From NCBI GenBank assembly GCA_045580775.1, contig JAZNOK010000015.1, positions 1-45,692 on the forward strand: a DNA stretch of 45,692 nucleotides. Direction: 5' to 3'. The notes below the pieces were generated by a model. That model was not told the origin of the DNA, ran no database searches, and saw nothing but the letters and a program-made list of their open reading frames with translations. This document shows positions 18,483 to 27,500 of the stretch, one piece after another. Each line of letters opens with the position of its first letter. Position 1 is the stretch's first letter. Position numbers and translations under genes: made by a program. The DNA is from Eubacteriales bacterium. GTDB taxonomy: Bacteria; Bacillota; Clostridia; Oscillospirales; CAG-272.

Positions 18483-18525
18483 TAACAAAAACGGTTCACC
18501 TAAAAAGTGAACCGTTTTTGTTATT
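18481..18525. terminator. Bidirectional intrinsic terminator
   Basis: Perfect 19-bp inverted repeat AATAACAAAAACGGTTCAC / GTGAACCGTTTTTGTTATT between convergent genes. Confidence 0.9.
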
Positions 18526-18529
18526 ATGA

Positions 18530-20299
18530 TCATAAGCACAGCAACTTAGCAACTGTATCCGCATCTCTGTTAACAAGTGTCGAATAATTAGTATGATATA
18601 TTACAAAGCCGGGTTTTGATCCCGATGGTTTTTTGATATTTTTCACTCTTGTATAATCAACCTCGATCATAACATCAGTACTGGCTTTTGAATGATACGC
18701 GGCAATCATAGCAGCCTGAGTGTAGTCAAGCTCAGACGGCTCCTCTCCGTTACACTGCAAAACAACATGGGAACCGGGACGGTTTTTGGCGTGGAACCAT
18801 ATATCTCCTTTTTCTGCTATATGAAAGGTAATATAGTCGTTTTGAATATTGTTCTTTCCGCACAACACCCTGTAACCGCCATCGGTACGGTATACAAGAG
18901 GCTTGGGGACGTATTTTTTTGGCTTTTGAGGCAATTTGAATTTTGACGAATAACCGCACCGAAACAGTTCCTCTCTTATCTCAGAAAGTTCAGTTTCTCC
19001 GTCTGCACGAGATAGAGATTCGCTGACAGTCTCAATATAAGCAAGTTCGCTTCTCGCTATATCTAATTGCTCTGCCAAAAAGACCTTGCCGTTTTTTAGT
19101 TTTGTATACTTTTTATATTTTTGCTGTGCATTTTGAGAAGGTGTCAGCTGTTTATCAAGAAGTATATCCACCAAAGGACACTCTTGATCGTAGTAATCTG
19201 TCACCGTTACTCGATCCATTCCTTTTTTTAATTGATATAAATTGGCAGTAATAAGATCCGCCTCTCGTCTGAACTTTTCACACTCATCGGTGGCAGCAAG
19301 TTCCTCGGAAAGCACTACAATCTTTTTCGATAACCTATTTTGGGCATTCCCTATTATGTGTAACAGATCCGATGCTTTTTGCTTAATACGTTCATTTCTG
19401 TCCCTCTGCTCAAAGAACTTATCTGTCAGCTCACCAAAATCATCTATGCGTACAGTCTTGTAACCTTCCCCATACTGATAAATAGGCATGAAAGAAAATT
19501 CCTGAGGTCTTGACTCCTTATCATAAACAATATAAGGAACAAATCTCTTGGAGTTTATTATGTCGGTATAATCAAAAAAAGCATCTGCAAGCTTTGATAT
19601 ATCGCATTTCTCTATCGTAGAGGAAACAGAGCCGCATGCAGTATAGGACAGTTCCCTCGCTATCAGCGGAGACAATCCATAGTATTTGCCGATAAGATAT
19701 TTGTCAATAACCTTTTCTCTTTCATTAGATATTGATAACAAAAAACGCTCTCTTGTTTCAATCAGCGGGTCTGTCTTTCCTTTTTGCTCGGGAGGGTTTT
19801 CATACATCATCCCCGGAAGGATCTGTCTGACCTTGCTGGTAGCAAAGTCAATAAGCTTCATCGCTGTAATGATCTTTTTAGATTCGTCAAGGAGAATAAG
19901 ATTAGAGTATTTTCCCATTATTTCACAGACAACATACCTAGTACAAGCAAATCCCATCTCGTCGCGACACGAAAATTCGATCATAACGGCTCTTTCAAAT
20001 CCGAGCTGTATGACCGATTCCAATCTGCCGCCTCCGAGCTGCTTTCTCAACAGAAGGCAAAGCATTGGAGGAGTTGCCGGATTTTCTTTTACAATATGTG
20101 AAAAAGCTATTTTGGGATTATTAGTACCTGCGTTTATTACCAATCTTAGACTCTTTTTTATTCCATCAATTTTTACATCATGAAATACAAAAACAATCTC
20201 TTCCTTTTCAGGTTGATGAATCTTCTCTATTCTTGCACCGATAGCGTACTTGTTGATCTCATGTACGGTAGCGGCAAACATTCCTGCATCGAACGGCAT
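18530..20299 (-). CDS. rqcH: Ribosome quality control factor RqcH/Rqc2 (FbpA/NFACT family)
   Basis: MPFDAG start, IEKIHQP, PPMLCLLLRK, ERAV, EIMGKYSNLIL, GKNNIQND, WFHAKNRPGSHV and VDYT...KPG.V.Y. Start trimmed to ATG 20299. Confidence 0.92.
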   Translation of the reverse strand: MPFDAGMFAATVHEINKYAIGARIEKIHQPEKEEIVFVFHDVKIDGIKKSLRLVINAGTNNPKIAFSHIVKENPATPPMLCLLLRKQLGGGRLESVIQLGFERAVMIEFSCRDEMGFACTRYVVCEIMGKYSNLILLDESKKIITAMKLIDFATSKVRQILPGMMYENPPEQKGKTDPLIETRERFLLSISNEREKVIDKYLIGKYYGLSPLIARELSYTACGSVSSTIEKCDISKLADAFFDYTDIINSKRFVPYIVYDKESRPQEFSFMPIYQYGEGYKTVRIDDFGELTDKFFEQRDRNERIKQKASDLLHIIGNAQNRLSKKIVVLSEELAATDECEKFRREADLITANLYQLKKGMDRVTVTDYYDQECPLVDILLDKQLTPSQNAQQKYKKYTKLKNGKVFLAEQLDIARSELAYIETVSESLSRADGETELSEIREELFRCGYSSKFKLPQKPKKYVPKPLVYRTDGGYRVLCGKNNIQNDYITFHIAEKGDIWFHAKNRPGSHVVLQCNGEEPSELDYTQAAMIAAYHSKASTDVMIEVDYTRVKNIKKPSGSKPGFVIYHTNYSTLVNRDADTVAKLLCL

Positions 20300-20318
20300 A
20301 TTTAAAGCTCCGATTTTA

Positions 20319-20963
20319 TCATAAATTTGTAATATATTTTGAAAACTCCATTGCGTTTTCAAACAAAGGGGCATTGGTTGCTTTTAGCATTTGTGTGTTC
20401 ATATGCCCTGTCAATACCAGTGCACAGTCAATTCCCGCCGCACATGCAACCTCATGATCATGTGTGGTGTCTCCTAAGAGAATAAAATGTTGCTCGGGAT
20501 GCAAGCGTACAAAATCAACGCAAAGTTCTGTCTTGCCATACGCAAAGAAATTATCGCATCCTATAATGTGCTCAAAATAATCTGCTATACCAAGACGTCG
20601 AACCTGGGAATATAGCATGCGTGAATCAGAAGCAGATAGAATACTCTGTCTGATACCGGCTCTTTGCAGTAAACGAAGTGCGTCATGTACACCTATGCAC
20701 AAGCTTGATTTATGTTCTCTTTTATTATACTCTTCGACCCATTGCGGTGCTAATACGGACTCGTAGTCATCAACAGAAAAATTAAAGCCGCATCGGCGGT
20801 AATATTCTTTTATCGGGAAACCGAAAATACTCCTGTAATGCTCTACATCACGTATCTCAGGCAGATTTCGAGCACGAAGAAGCTGATTTGTAGATTCTAT
20901 TCCTATACCGACATCATCAAGTATTGTGCCGTTAAAATCCCAAATTACATGCGTGTATTTCAT
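20319..20963 (-). CDS. HAD-family hydrolase (phosphoglycolate-phosphatase-like)
   Basis: Motif I variant IWDFNGTILDD, motif II ILSAS, K, and motif IV GDTTHD. RBS GGAG precedes ATG 20963. Confidence 0.85.
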   Translation of the reverse strand: MKYTHVIWDFNGTILDDVGIGIESTNQLLRARNLPEIRDVEHYRSIFGFPIKEYYRRCGFNFSVDDYESVLAPQWVEEYNKREHKSSLCIGVHDALRLLQRAGIRQSILSASDSRMLYSQVRRLGIADYFEHIIGCDNFFAYGKTELCVDFVRLHPEQHFILLGDTTHDHEVACAAGIDCALVLTGHMNTQMLKATNAPLFENAMEFSKYITNL

Positions 20964-21027
20964 ATAAAACTCCAACGATCATTTATAATGATTTTATCAC
21001 AAAAAAACTTGTCCGTCAATAGATAGT

Positions 21028-21062
21028 ACAAAGGGCCGATATTTAAAAATACCGACCCTTGT
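21028..21062 (-). terminator. Intrinsic terminator after the GLUG-domain gene
   Basis: Minus-strand hairpin AAGGGTCGGTATTT/AAATATCGGCCCTT with G-U pairs and a short T-rich tail. Confidence 0.6.
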
Positions 21063-21081
21063 TTTATTATCATAGATGAAA

Positions 21082-24000
21082 TCAGTCATCGTTATCATAT
21101 TGTTCCGATGTACCATTGATTAGAATGTTATTCTTGCTTCTTTGGACCAAAATTATTCCCAATGCACCGAATACAAGTATGACAGAAATAATGATAGCTA
21201 TTATTATGCCGAAATCAATTCCATCTTTTGGCTCATCTTGTTCTACAGGAAGAGTTATCTCCACGGGTGCTGTCTCTATCTGTGAAATATTTTCATTCTC
21301 CCCAAGCTGTGTTATTACCCAAACACCTATATTGGATGCGGATAATGTAACAGATGAATTATCATATATAAAGGATATTCTATTAGGCAGTTCACCGTTG
21401 TTTGTGACTTGTGAGTCCACAATACTGTGAGATGTACATTTTAATGTACCTACAAATATTCCCTCGTTGTTTTTGTTTACAAACTCAGGTATATAAATAT
21501 ATACATCATGTGCTGTTATATTAACCAGAGCAATATGAGAAAACAACTGATGCTCTGTCAGATCGGGGAAAGCAGCTCTTACTCCTGACAGATTTAGTGG
21601 AAGCTTTATTTTATGCTCAAGTGCGATCGTGTTTTTCGAATTCGTAATTTTTTTTGCAAAGAGAATGTCAGATGCACCAATTTTGTTTTTTTCAAAAAGA
21701 ACAGACATATTTATCTTTGATAAAGCCGCCTTTATTTGTTCTTCACCTAAAGATTCAAACTTGTATTCGACAGTAGCATCAATCTGTGAACCGCTAAGTT
21801 CTACTGTTGATTCACCGTCAACCACGGTTGAAAAGCCAACAGTATGTAATGCCAAAGCAGGTTCACCCTGATCGGTCAATGTCCACTCATAATAGGAATT
21901 TGACGAGATACATCCAACAAACTTGTTCAATCTATCAATAAACGAGGAATTGTCGTGAACTAATACTATGTTGTTCGCAACCTTCCTAATGATCTGTTTT
22001 TCTGTATTCTCGTAGTTGCCGCAAGCTTTATACTCAATATAAGTGAATGAGCTTATGGCTTTTTCTGCATATCCGGCAATCAATCCGACATTTTCCATAG
22101 CATCAGGAAACTTGGATGAATAGCAGTTTATGACATCCATAGCCGCATGACCTACTATTCCTCCACACATCTTGTTGCCAAACACAGAAGATGTGTTCAA
22201 ACAGTTTTCCACAGGATACGAAGTCCTGCCGCAAATTCCGCCCGTCTTCTCAGAACCTGTTACAACACCTTTGTTTGAACAGTTCAGTATAATACTATCG
22301 CTGTATCCAACAACTCCGCCTACTGTATCCGAACCTCTGATGCTACCTGAATTATGACAATATTCTACCTTGGCAGATGAATAGCCGACAATACCTCCGA
22401 CATACTTATCGCCCTTTACTATAGCATCGTCTGAAAATTCACATCCGGTCAAATATGAAGAGCAAAAACCAACAACCCCTCCGCAGAATTCAGTTCCTCG
22501 AATGGTAGAATTCTTTATAACAACATTTGAAATAGATCCGTCAGAAGCATAACCAAACAGACCAACTCCATTGTCAGAAGAATCTATATAAAGACCATTG
22601 ATAGCGAAACCGCCCCCATCGTAATGACCCTTAAAAACTGTCTTTGAACTGGATCCGATGGGTTTCCACGATTGAAGAGTCGTCAATGTCTGATTCCAAT
22701 TTTCAACATTGGTGTTATTGATCATCAGGCTTATTTTTTGAACGAAGTATACTCCCTCATAGCTGTTACCGGAATTTACATCCGCTGCTAACTTTGCCAG
22801 CTGAGATGCAGAATCAATAACAAAGGGATTTGACTTTGAACCGTCTCCACCGGCAAACTGCGGTGCAACAGTTCCGTCCCAAAGACTGGCATACGAATCT
22901 TCAATTACCGTTACAAGAGCAGATATGCTGCTGTAACCGTCGCTTGACAGTACTGTGACAACAGTAGACCCCGGGCTTAGAGCTGTTAGCAGACCGTTTG
23001 TAGAGCATGAAACGATTCTGTTATCTGATACCTTATAATAAGCTCCTCGATTGGAAGCGTTCTCAGGATATATCTCATATCTAATCTGGGCTGTTTGGCC
23101 GATGGTGATTCGGTATTCGTTACTATCCAGCTTGATGCTCTCGCTTTGAATAATATTTCTATCAGACTTAACTGTAATAAAGCAGTTTGCAACCTTCTCT
23201 CCGTTTTCGGTAGTAGCTCTGATAGTTGTGTATCCAACACCCACAGCAATTACGTTTCCTTCTGCATCGACAGTTGCCACATCATCATTCGTAGAAAGCC
23301 ATATAAGAGAGCGATTAGTCGCATTATCAGGATATATTTGATATTCAATAGTAGCAATATCTCCTCTATACATGGTAAGCTCTCTGGAAGTAAAGGAGAT
23401 GCCGGTTACAGGAACTGAATTATCAGGAATATACGGTGTAACCGCCGTAGGATAACCTCCGAACACTGTACTGTCTTCTTTCCATGTGCAAAGACCATGT
23501 TGAGAAGAAAATAGATTGAGCTTGTCGCAAAGTGCCTTTTTATCAGTAATTTTCTCACTGTTAGTAAATTCATTGCCGTTGATGTAGCCTACATCTGTCA
23601 GATCCCAAAAGCATGAGTTTACAACAGATGAATTAGAAACACAAACACCGCCAAGCTGCACTACACCTTCCGTTGATGTAACTTTCATTGAAATTGCACT
23701 GTAGCAATTTTCAACTGTTCCGTTGTTGTCGCACGTAATACCCCCGCATTTTAAAGTTGAATCCGAACCCAAATATCCTATAGCTGCAGAGTTAGTTATT
23801 GTTCCGTTATTATATACTGCTACAGCTGCACAGGTCTGAGCAGTAATATTTACCTCAACTAAAAGATTCTTTACAGTTCCGTTATTATAGGATATAAATC
23901 CGCCTAAATCACTATCCTGCTTTGTGGTTAATCCTCTAATAATAAAACCCTGTCCATCAAAAACACCGAGAAAAGGCTTATCAGAGTTAAAAGCTGCGGA

Positions 24001-24276
24001 CCAGTACCCACCCGACATATCGAGGTTAGCAGATAACACTACAGTTTTATTTTCAAAAGTGTATCCGTTAACAGATGAATGCAAAAAAGCAGCCAGCTGT
24101 GCCTCTGATGAAATAACATACTCGGATGTCTTCTCATAATCTCCCAGCCACCCTGAATCAAACCGCGTGTCATCTGTCCAACTGCCGATATCTGCTGACG
24201 GATACAGATTAAAACCCGACAAGCAAACAACACATATCAAACAAATAACAAGCGATAACTTTATACCTATACGCAT
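21082..24276 (-). CDS. Membrane-anchored surface protein with two GLUG-motif modules flanking two bacterial Ig-like (Big_2) domains
   Basis: Signal peptide; YVISSEAQLAAF and GDGSKSNPFVIDSASQLAKLA module starts; FxGxFDGxG; repeated VGGIVG; two Ig units (IYPDNATNR...VATVD; IYPENASNR); C-terminal TM helix. Confidence 0.75.
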   Translation of the reverse strand: MRIGIKLSLVICLICVVCLSGFNLYPSADIGSWTDDTRFDSGWLGDYEKTSEYVISSEAQLAAFLHSSVNGYTFENKTVVLSANLDMSGGYWSAAFNSDKPFLGVFDGQGFIIRGLTTKQDSDLGGFISYNNGTVKNLLVEVNITAQTCAAVAVYNNGTITNSAAIGYLGSDSTLKCGGITCDNNGTVENCYSAISMKVTSTEGVVQLGGVCVSNSSVVNSCFWDLTDVGYINGNEFTNSEKITDKKALCDKLNLFSSQHGLCTWKEDSTVFGGYPTAVTPYIPDNSVPVTGISFTSRELTMYRGDIATIEYQIYPDNATNRSLIWLSTNDDVATVDAEGNVIAVGVGYTTIRATTENGEKVANCFITVKSDRNIIQSESIKLDSNEYRITIGQTAQIRYEIYPENASNRGAYYKVSDNRIVSCSTNGLLTALSPGSTVVTVLSSDGYSSISALVTVIEDSYASLWDGTVAPQFAGGDGSKSNPFVIDSASQLAKLAADVNSGNSYEGVYFVQKISLMINNTNVENWNQTLTTLQSWKPIGSSSKTVFKGHYDGGGFAINGLYIDSSDNGVGLFGYASDGSISNVVIKNSTIRGTEFCGGVVGFCSSYLTGCEFSDDAIVKGDKYVGGIVGYSSAKVEYCHNSGSIRGSDTVGGVVGYSDSIILNCSNKGVVTGSEKTGGICGRTSYPVENCLNTSSVFGNKMCGGIVGHAAMDVINCYSSKFPDAMENVGLIAGYAEKAISSFTYIEYKACGNYENTEKQIIRKVANNIVLVHDNSSFIDRLNKFVGCISSNSYYEWTLTDQGEPALALHTVGFSTVVDGESTVELSGSQIDATVEYKFESLGEEQIKAALSKINMSVLFEKNKIGASDILFAKKITNSKNTIALEHKIKLPLNLSGVRAAFPDLTEHQLFSHIALVNITAHDVYIYIPEFVNKNNEGIFVGTLKCTSHSIVDSQVTNNGELPNRISFIYDNSSVTLSASNIGVWVITQLGENENISQIETAPVEITLPVEQDEPKDGIDFGIIIAIIISVILVFGALGIILVQRSKNNILINGTSEQYDNDD

Positions 24277-24465
24277 AATTATGCTCCTTCATGTATAATG
24301 CAAAGATCAAACAAGTTACGGTCTTTAATGTTATCATTTTAACACATATAGAGACTAAGTTCAAGTGTATTTCGGTAAAAAACGAGAAGAATGAGATCTG
24401 TTGTAGATCATCAAACAAAGTATGATCGTAAAACAACAATTGATAAAATTGAGACTGATAAAAGA

Positions 24466-24541
24466 AGTCAAGACCACCAGTTGAACCGGTGGTCTTGACT
24501 GTGAAACGAAATGAGAAGGCGGAAGTTTCCTTCCGCCTTCT
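24466..24541 (-). terminator. Two tandem hairpins downstream of the SGNH-dockerin gene
   Basis: AGAAGGCGGAAG/CTTCCGCCTTCT (24514-24541) and AGTCAAGACCACC/GGTGGTCTTGACT (24466-24500), both followed by T-rich tails on the minus strand. Confidence 0.7.
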
Positions 24542-24559
24542 GAAATTGGTTTTAGGTAA

Positions 24560-27500
24560 TTACTGAGCAACAGCCAGCTTCTGGATAAGAGCTATAGCGT
24601 CACGGTTGTTAACCTTTGCGTCAGCGTTGTAGTCACCGCTAAGTCTAGCACCGGCAACTTCAAAGCCTGACAGGTAACGAATTACAAGAGTAATATCAGA
24701 GTTTGCAACAACTCCATCCTCGTCAATATCACCAGCAGCTGTGGTATTATTGATGGTGAGATTCTCTATCTCAGCATGCTGAGTATCCTCTGCATCGGGT
24801 CTCTGGTTATCAACTACATGTGCATCAATGACAGATGCTGCAGCTGTGAGAGATATGCTACCGGTATTAAGAGTAGAATCATATACTACACCTACAAGAG
24901 TAGCTGTTCTGCTGACCATGTATATGGTAGAAGCAATGTTCATTCCGTCAATGGTAAGAGAAACATTTCCGGAGAGGTTATTCATGCCGAGAACTGCAGA
25001 GGCTACAGTAGACTCGCATACTCCTGTAAGAGTACCGCCAAGAAGCTCAACAGTCATGTTACCTGAGTAAAGACCGATCGGTGCCTTTTCGGAGAGTCTT
25101 CTGTTTCCAAGAAGGATGGCACCGAATGTACCGTTCTTAATAACTACCTTAACATCATTGGAGCTGGAAGCAGACTCAACCGTGTCATAGGTTGTTGAGG
25201 TATCAGCAACAGTCTCAGACATTGTCTCATATACAAAGTATCCTGCAACGAAACCAAGATCATTTGTTCCTGTCTTTTCATTTATGAAGTTTTCACCTAT
25301 AGTAACATCATTATACCATGCAACAATGTAAGGTGCGTTAGCTGTTGTGATAACCTTAAGCTGGTCGATAACAGCATCAGAACCAAGCTTCAGAGTGTTA
25401 CCCTTCCAAGTAAGAGTAGCCTCAGTTGTTTCACCCTTGATCGTTATGTTATTCATGTCAACGGGAGTTACTATATCAGACTCAATAGTATAAGAATCAA
25501 GTATAACAAGTGTACCGCCGTTCTTGTTGAGTCTTGCAAGACCTACTTCATAACGAGTAGAAGGATCCTCAGCTGTACCTGCACCTGTAGCTGTACCGTT
25601 GTCAGATACATAGAATGTATCAACATAGTAACCGTCAGGAACATCTACAGTACCGTTGAATATAGCATCATAGAACGCCTGAGCCATTACAGAATAGCCG
25701 TCAGCTGTAGGATGAAGCTTGTCAGTTCCGAGTACTGTTTCTCCAAGAACTGCCTCGTAGGTATTTGCATTGAGCTCAAATACAGTTGCATCGTAGTTTT
25801 CAGCTTTAAGTGTAGCTACAATGTTTCTGACAGCAGGCTCAACAATAGATGCATTTCTTGCCTGTCTTGCAGGAGAATCAAGTCTAAGCAGAGGTGTTGC
25901 GACATAAACCTTAGATACGGAATCAAGATCTGCGACACCCTTGATCATGTTGTAGTATCTGTTCTCGAAATCCTTAGCAACTCCATATACACCGCCGGCA
26001 GACAGAGAATCGTTGGTTCCGAGTGCAAATGATACGATGGTAGGCTCAAACTCTTCCATAAGGAGATGATACTGAACGGTATCATTGTAATAGTATCTTG
26101 TGGAAGGAAGAACACCTGATGCTCCGACACCAAAGTTACCGACCATGTATGTATCGGTATTAAGCATAGCCTGGAGCTGTGCGGGATATGAATAAAGCTT
26201 GTAATCGCCGGAACCTGTTCCCTGAGTAATGGAATCTCCGACAAATGCTATTCTCTGAGGCTCGCCATCATTAGTTTCTGAGCCATTTACTACATCTACA
26301 AACTTGGTATTAATGTAATCCGAAACGGAATCATCACAGTTTACTGATGATACCTTGTTCTGTCCTGAGTAAGCAACAGTACCGCGAAGGTCAACTGTAA
26401 TGATATCCTCGAACTGAACATCTGCACCGATATTTACATCGACTGCACCGCGAACAAGTGCGGGTATTCTGATATTATCTGCCTTTGCATAGATGTTTCC
26501 TGCAATATTACCGCCTGTAATATCTATCGCGATATCTCCCTTGAGTCCGTATGCACCGTAAGGAGTAGTACCGCCGTACATACCGAGGTCATACACACCG
26601 TAGATATCCTTCTGAATATTACCGCCTGTGATATTGATATTGACATTTCCGGAATAGAAGTTCTCACCGGTACCTGCAATAGCAACGCCGTTGTTTTCAT
26701 TACCTATGATAGTACCGCCGGATACATTGATAGTAACATCGCCGGAGTTGTTTGCAAGTGCGTAGTCAGAAGAGTTTCTTCTGTTTCCGCCAAGTATCAT
26801 TCTCCAAGTTCCTGATTCAACAGTAATGGTGCAATCACGGTCATTGGACTTAGCTTCAACTGTGTTTTCGCCTGCACTCTCAAGATAACCTGCGAAGATA
26901 GAGGGGTAATAACCGATTCCGGTCTCAGCAGTTGTATAGTTTCCGGAAAGAGTACATGTTACATTATCACCGATAACAAGATTGTTGTAGTTCATGAAGA
27001 ACGATACAGTACCTGTTCTATCGGACTGGATCTCAATATTCTCAAACTTAATTGTATTTCCGGAGCCTTCATTATAGAAGTTAATATAAGACTTAATAAT
27101 AAGCTTGGGATATACACCGTCACCATCAAGATCAATACTTGTAATGGTAACATCCTGACTCTGTGCCTGACAAGCTATGCCGCTTGTAATTTCGACATCA
27201 TCAACGAGGATGATCTCGATCGGGTCTGCCGAAGCATACTCAAATCCACGTCTGATAGAGTTTGTGGGGTTATCGGGAGTGAGACCGTCTCCTGAAGCAT
27301 TCTTTGCAACATAGATCTTAGTAGTTGTAGACCCCTGCTCTGTTCCACATATCTCACAAACACCGTCTATATAGCTGTGGCTACCGGTATATGCACATAC
27401 TTCTTTGGACTCTGTAGTCATGATAAGTCCTGTGAAGTTCTCAACACCTTTACCGGTAACAAGACCTGCATTAACACAGTTCATACCGATAATGAGTGTA

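Noticed and set aside
6524-18525. Adhesin and two-component block as a mobile element
   Set aside because: No integrase, transposase, relaxase or flanking direct repeats are visible; horizontal origin cannot be supported from this window alone.
20300-20374. Longer N-termini in the ORF track for rqcH, and similarly for coaE, feoA, the SGNH protein, trpB and the 45150 ORF
   Set aside because: The extensions overlap neighbouring genes, promoters or the RBS; downstream starts fit RBS spacing and family N-termini better.
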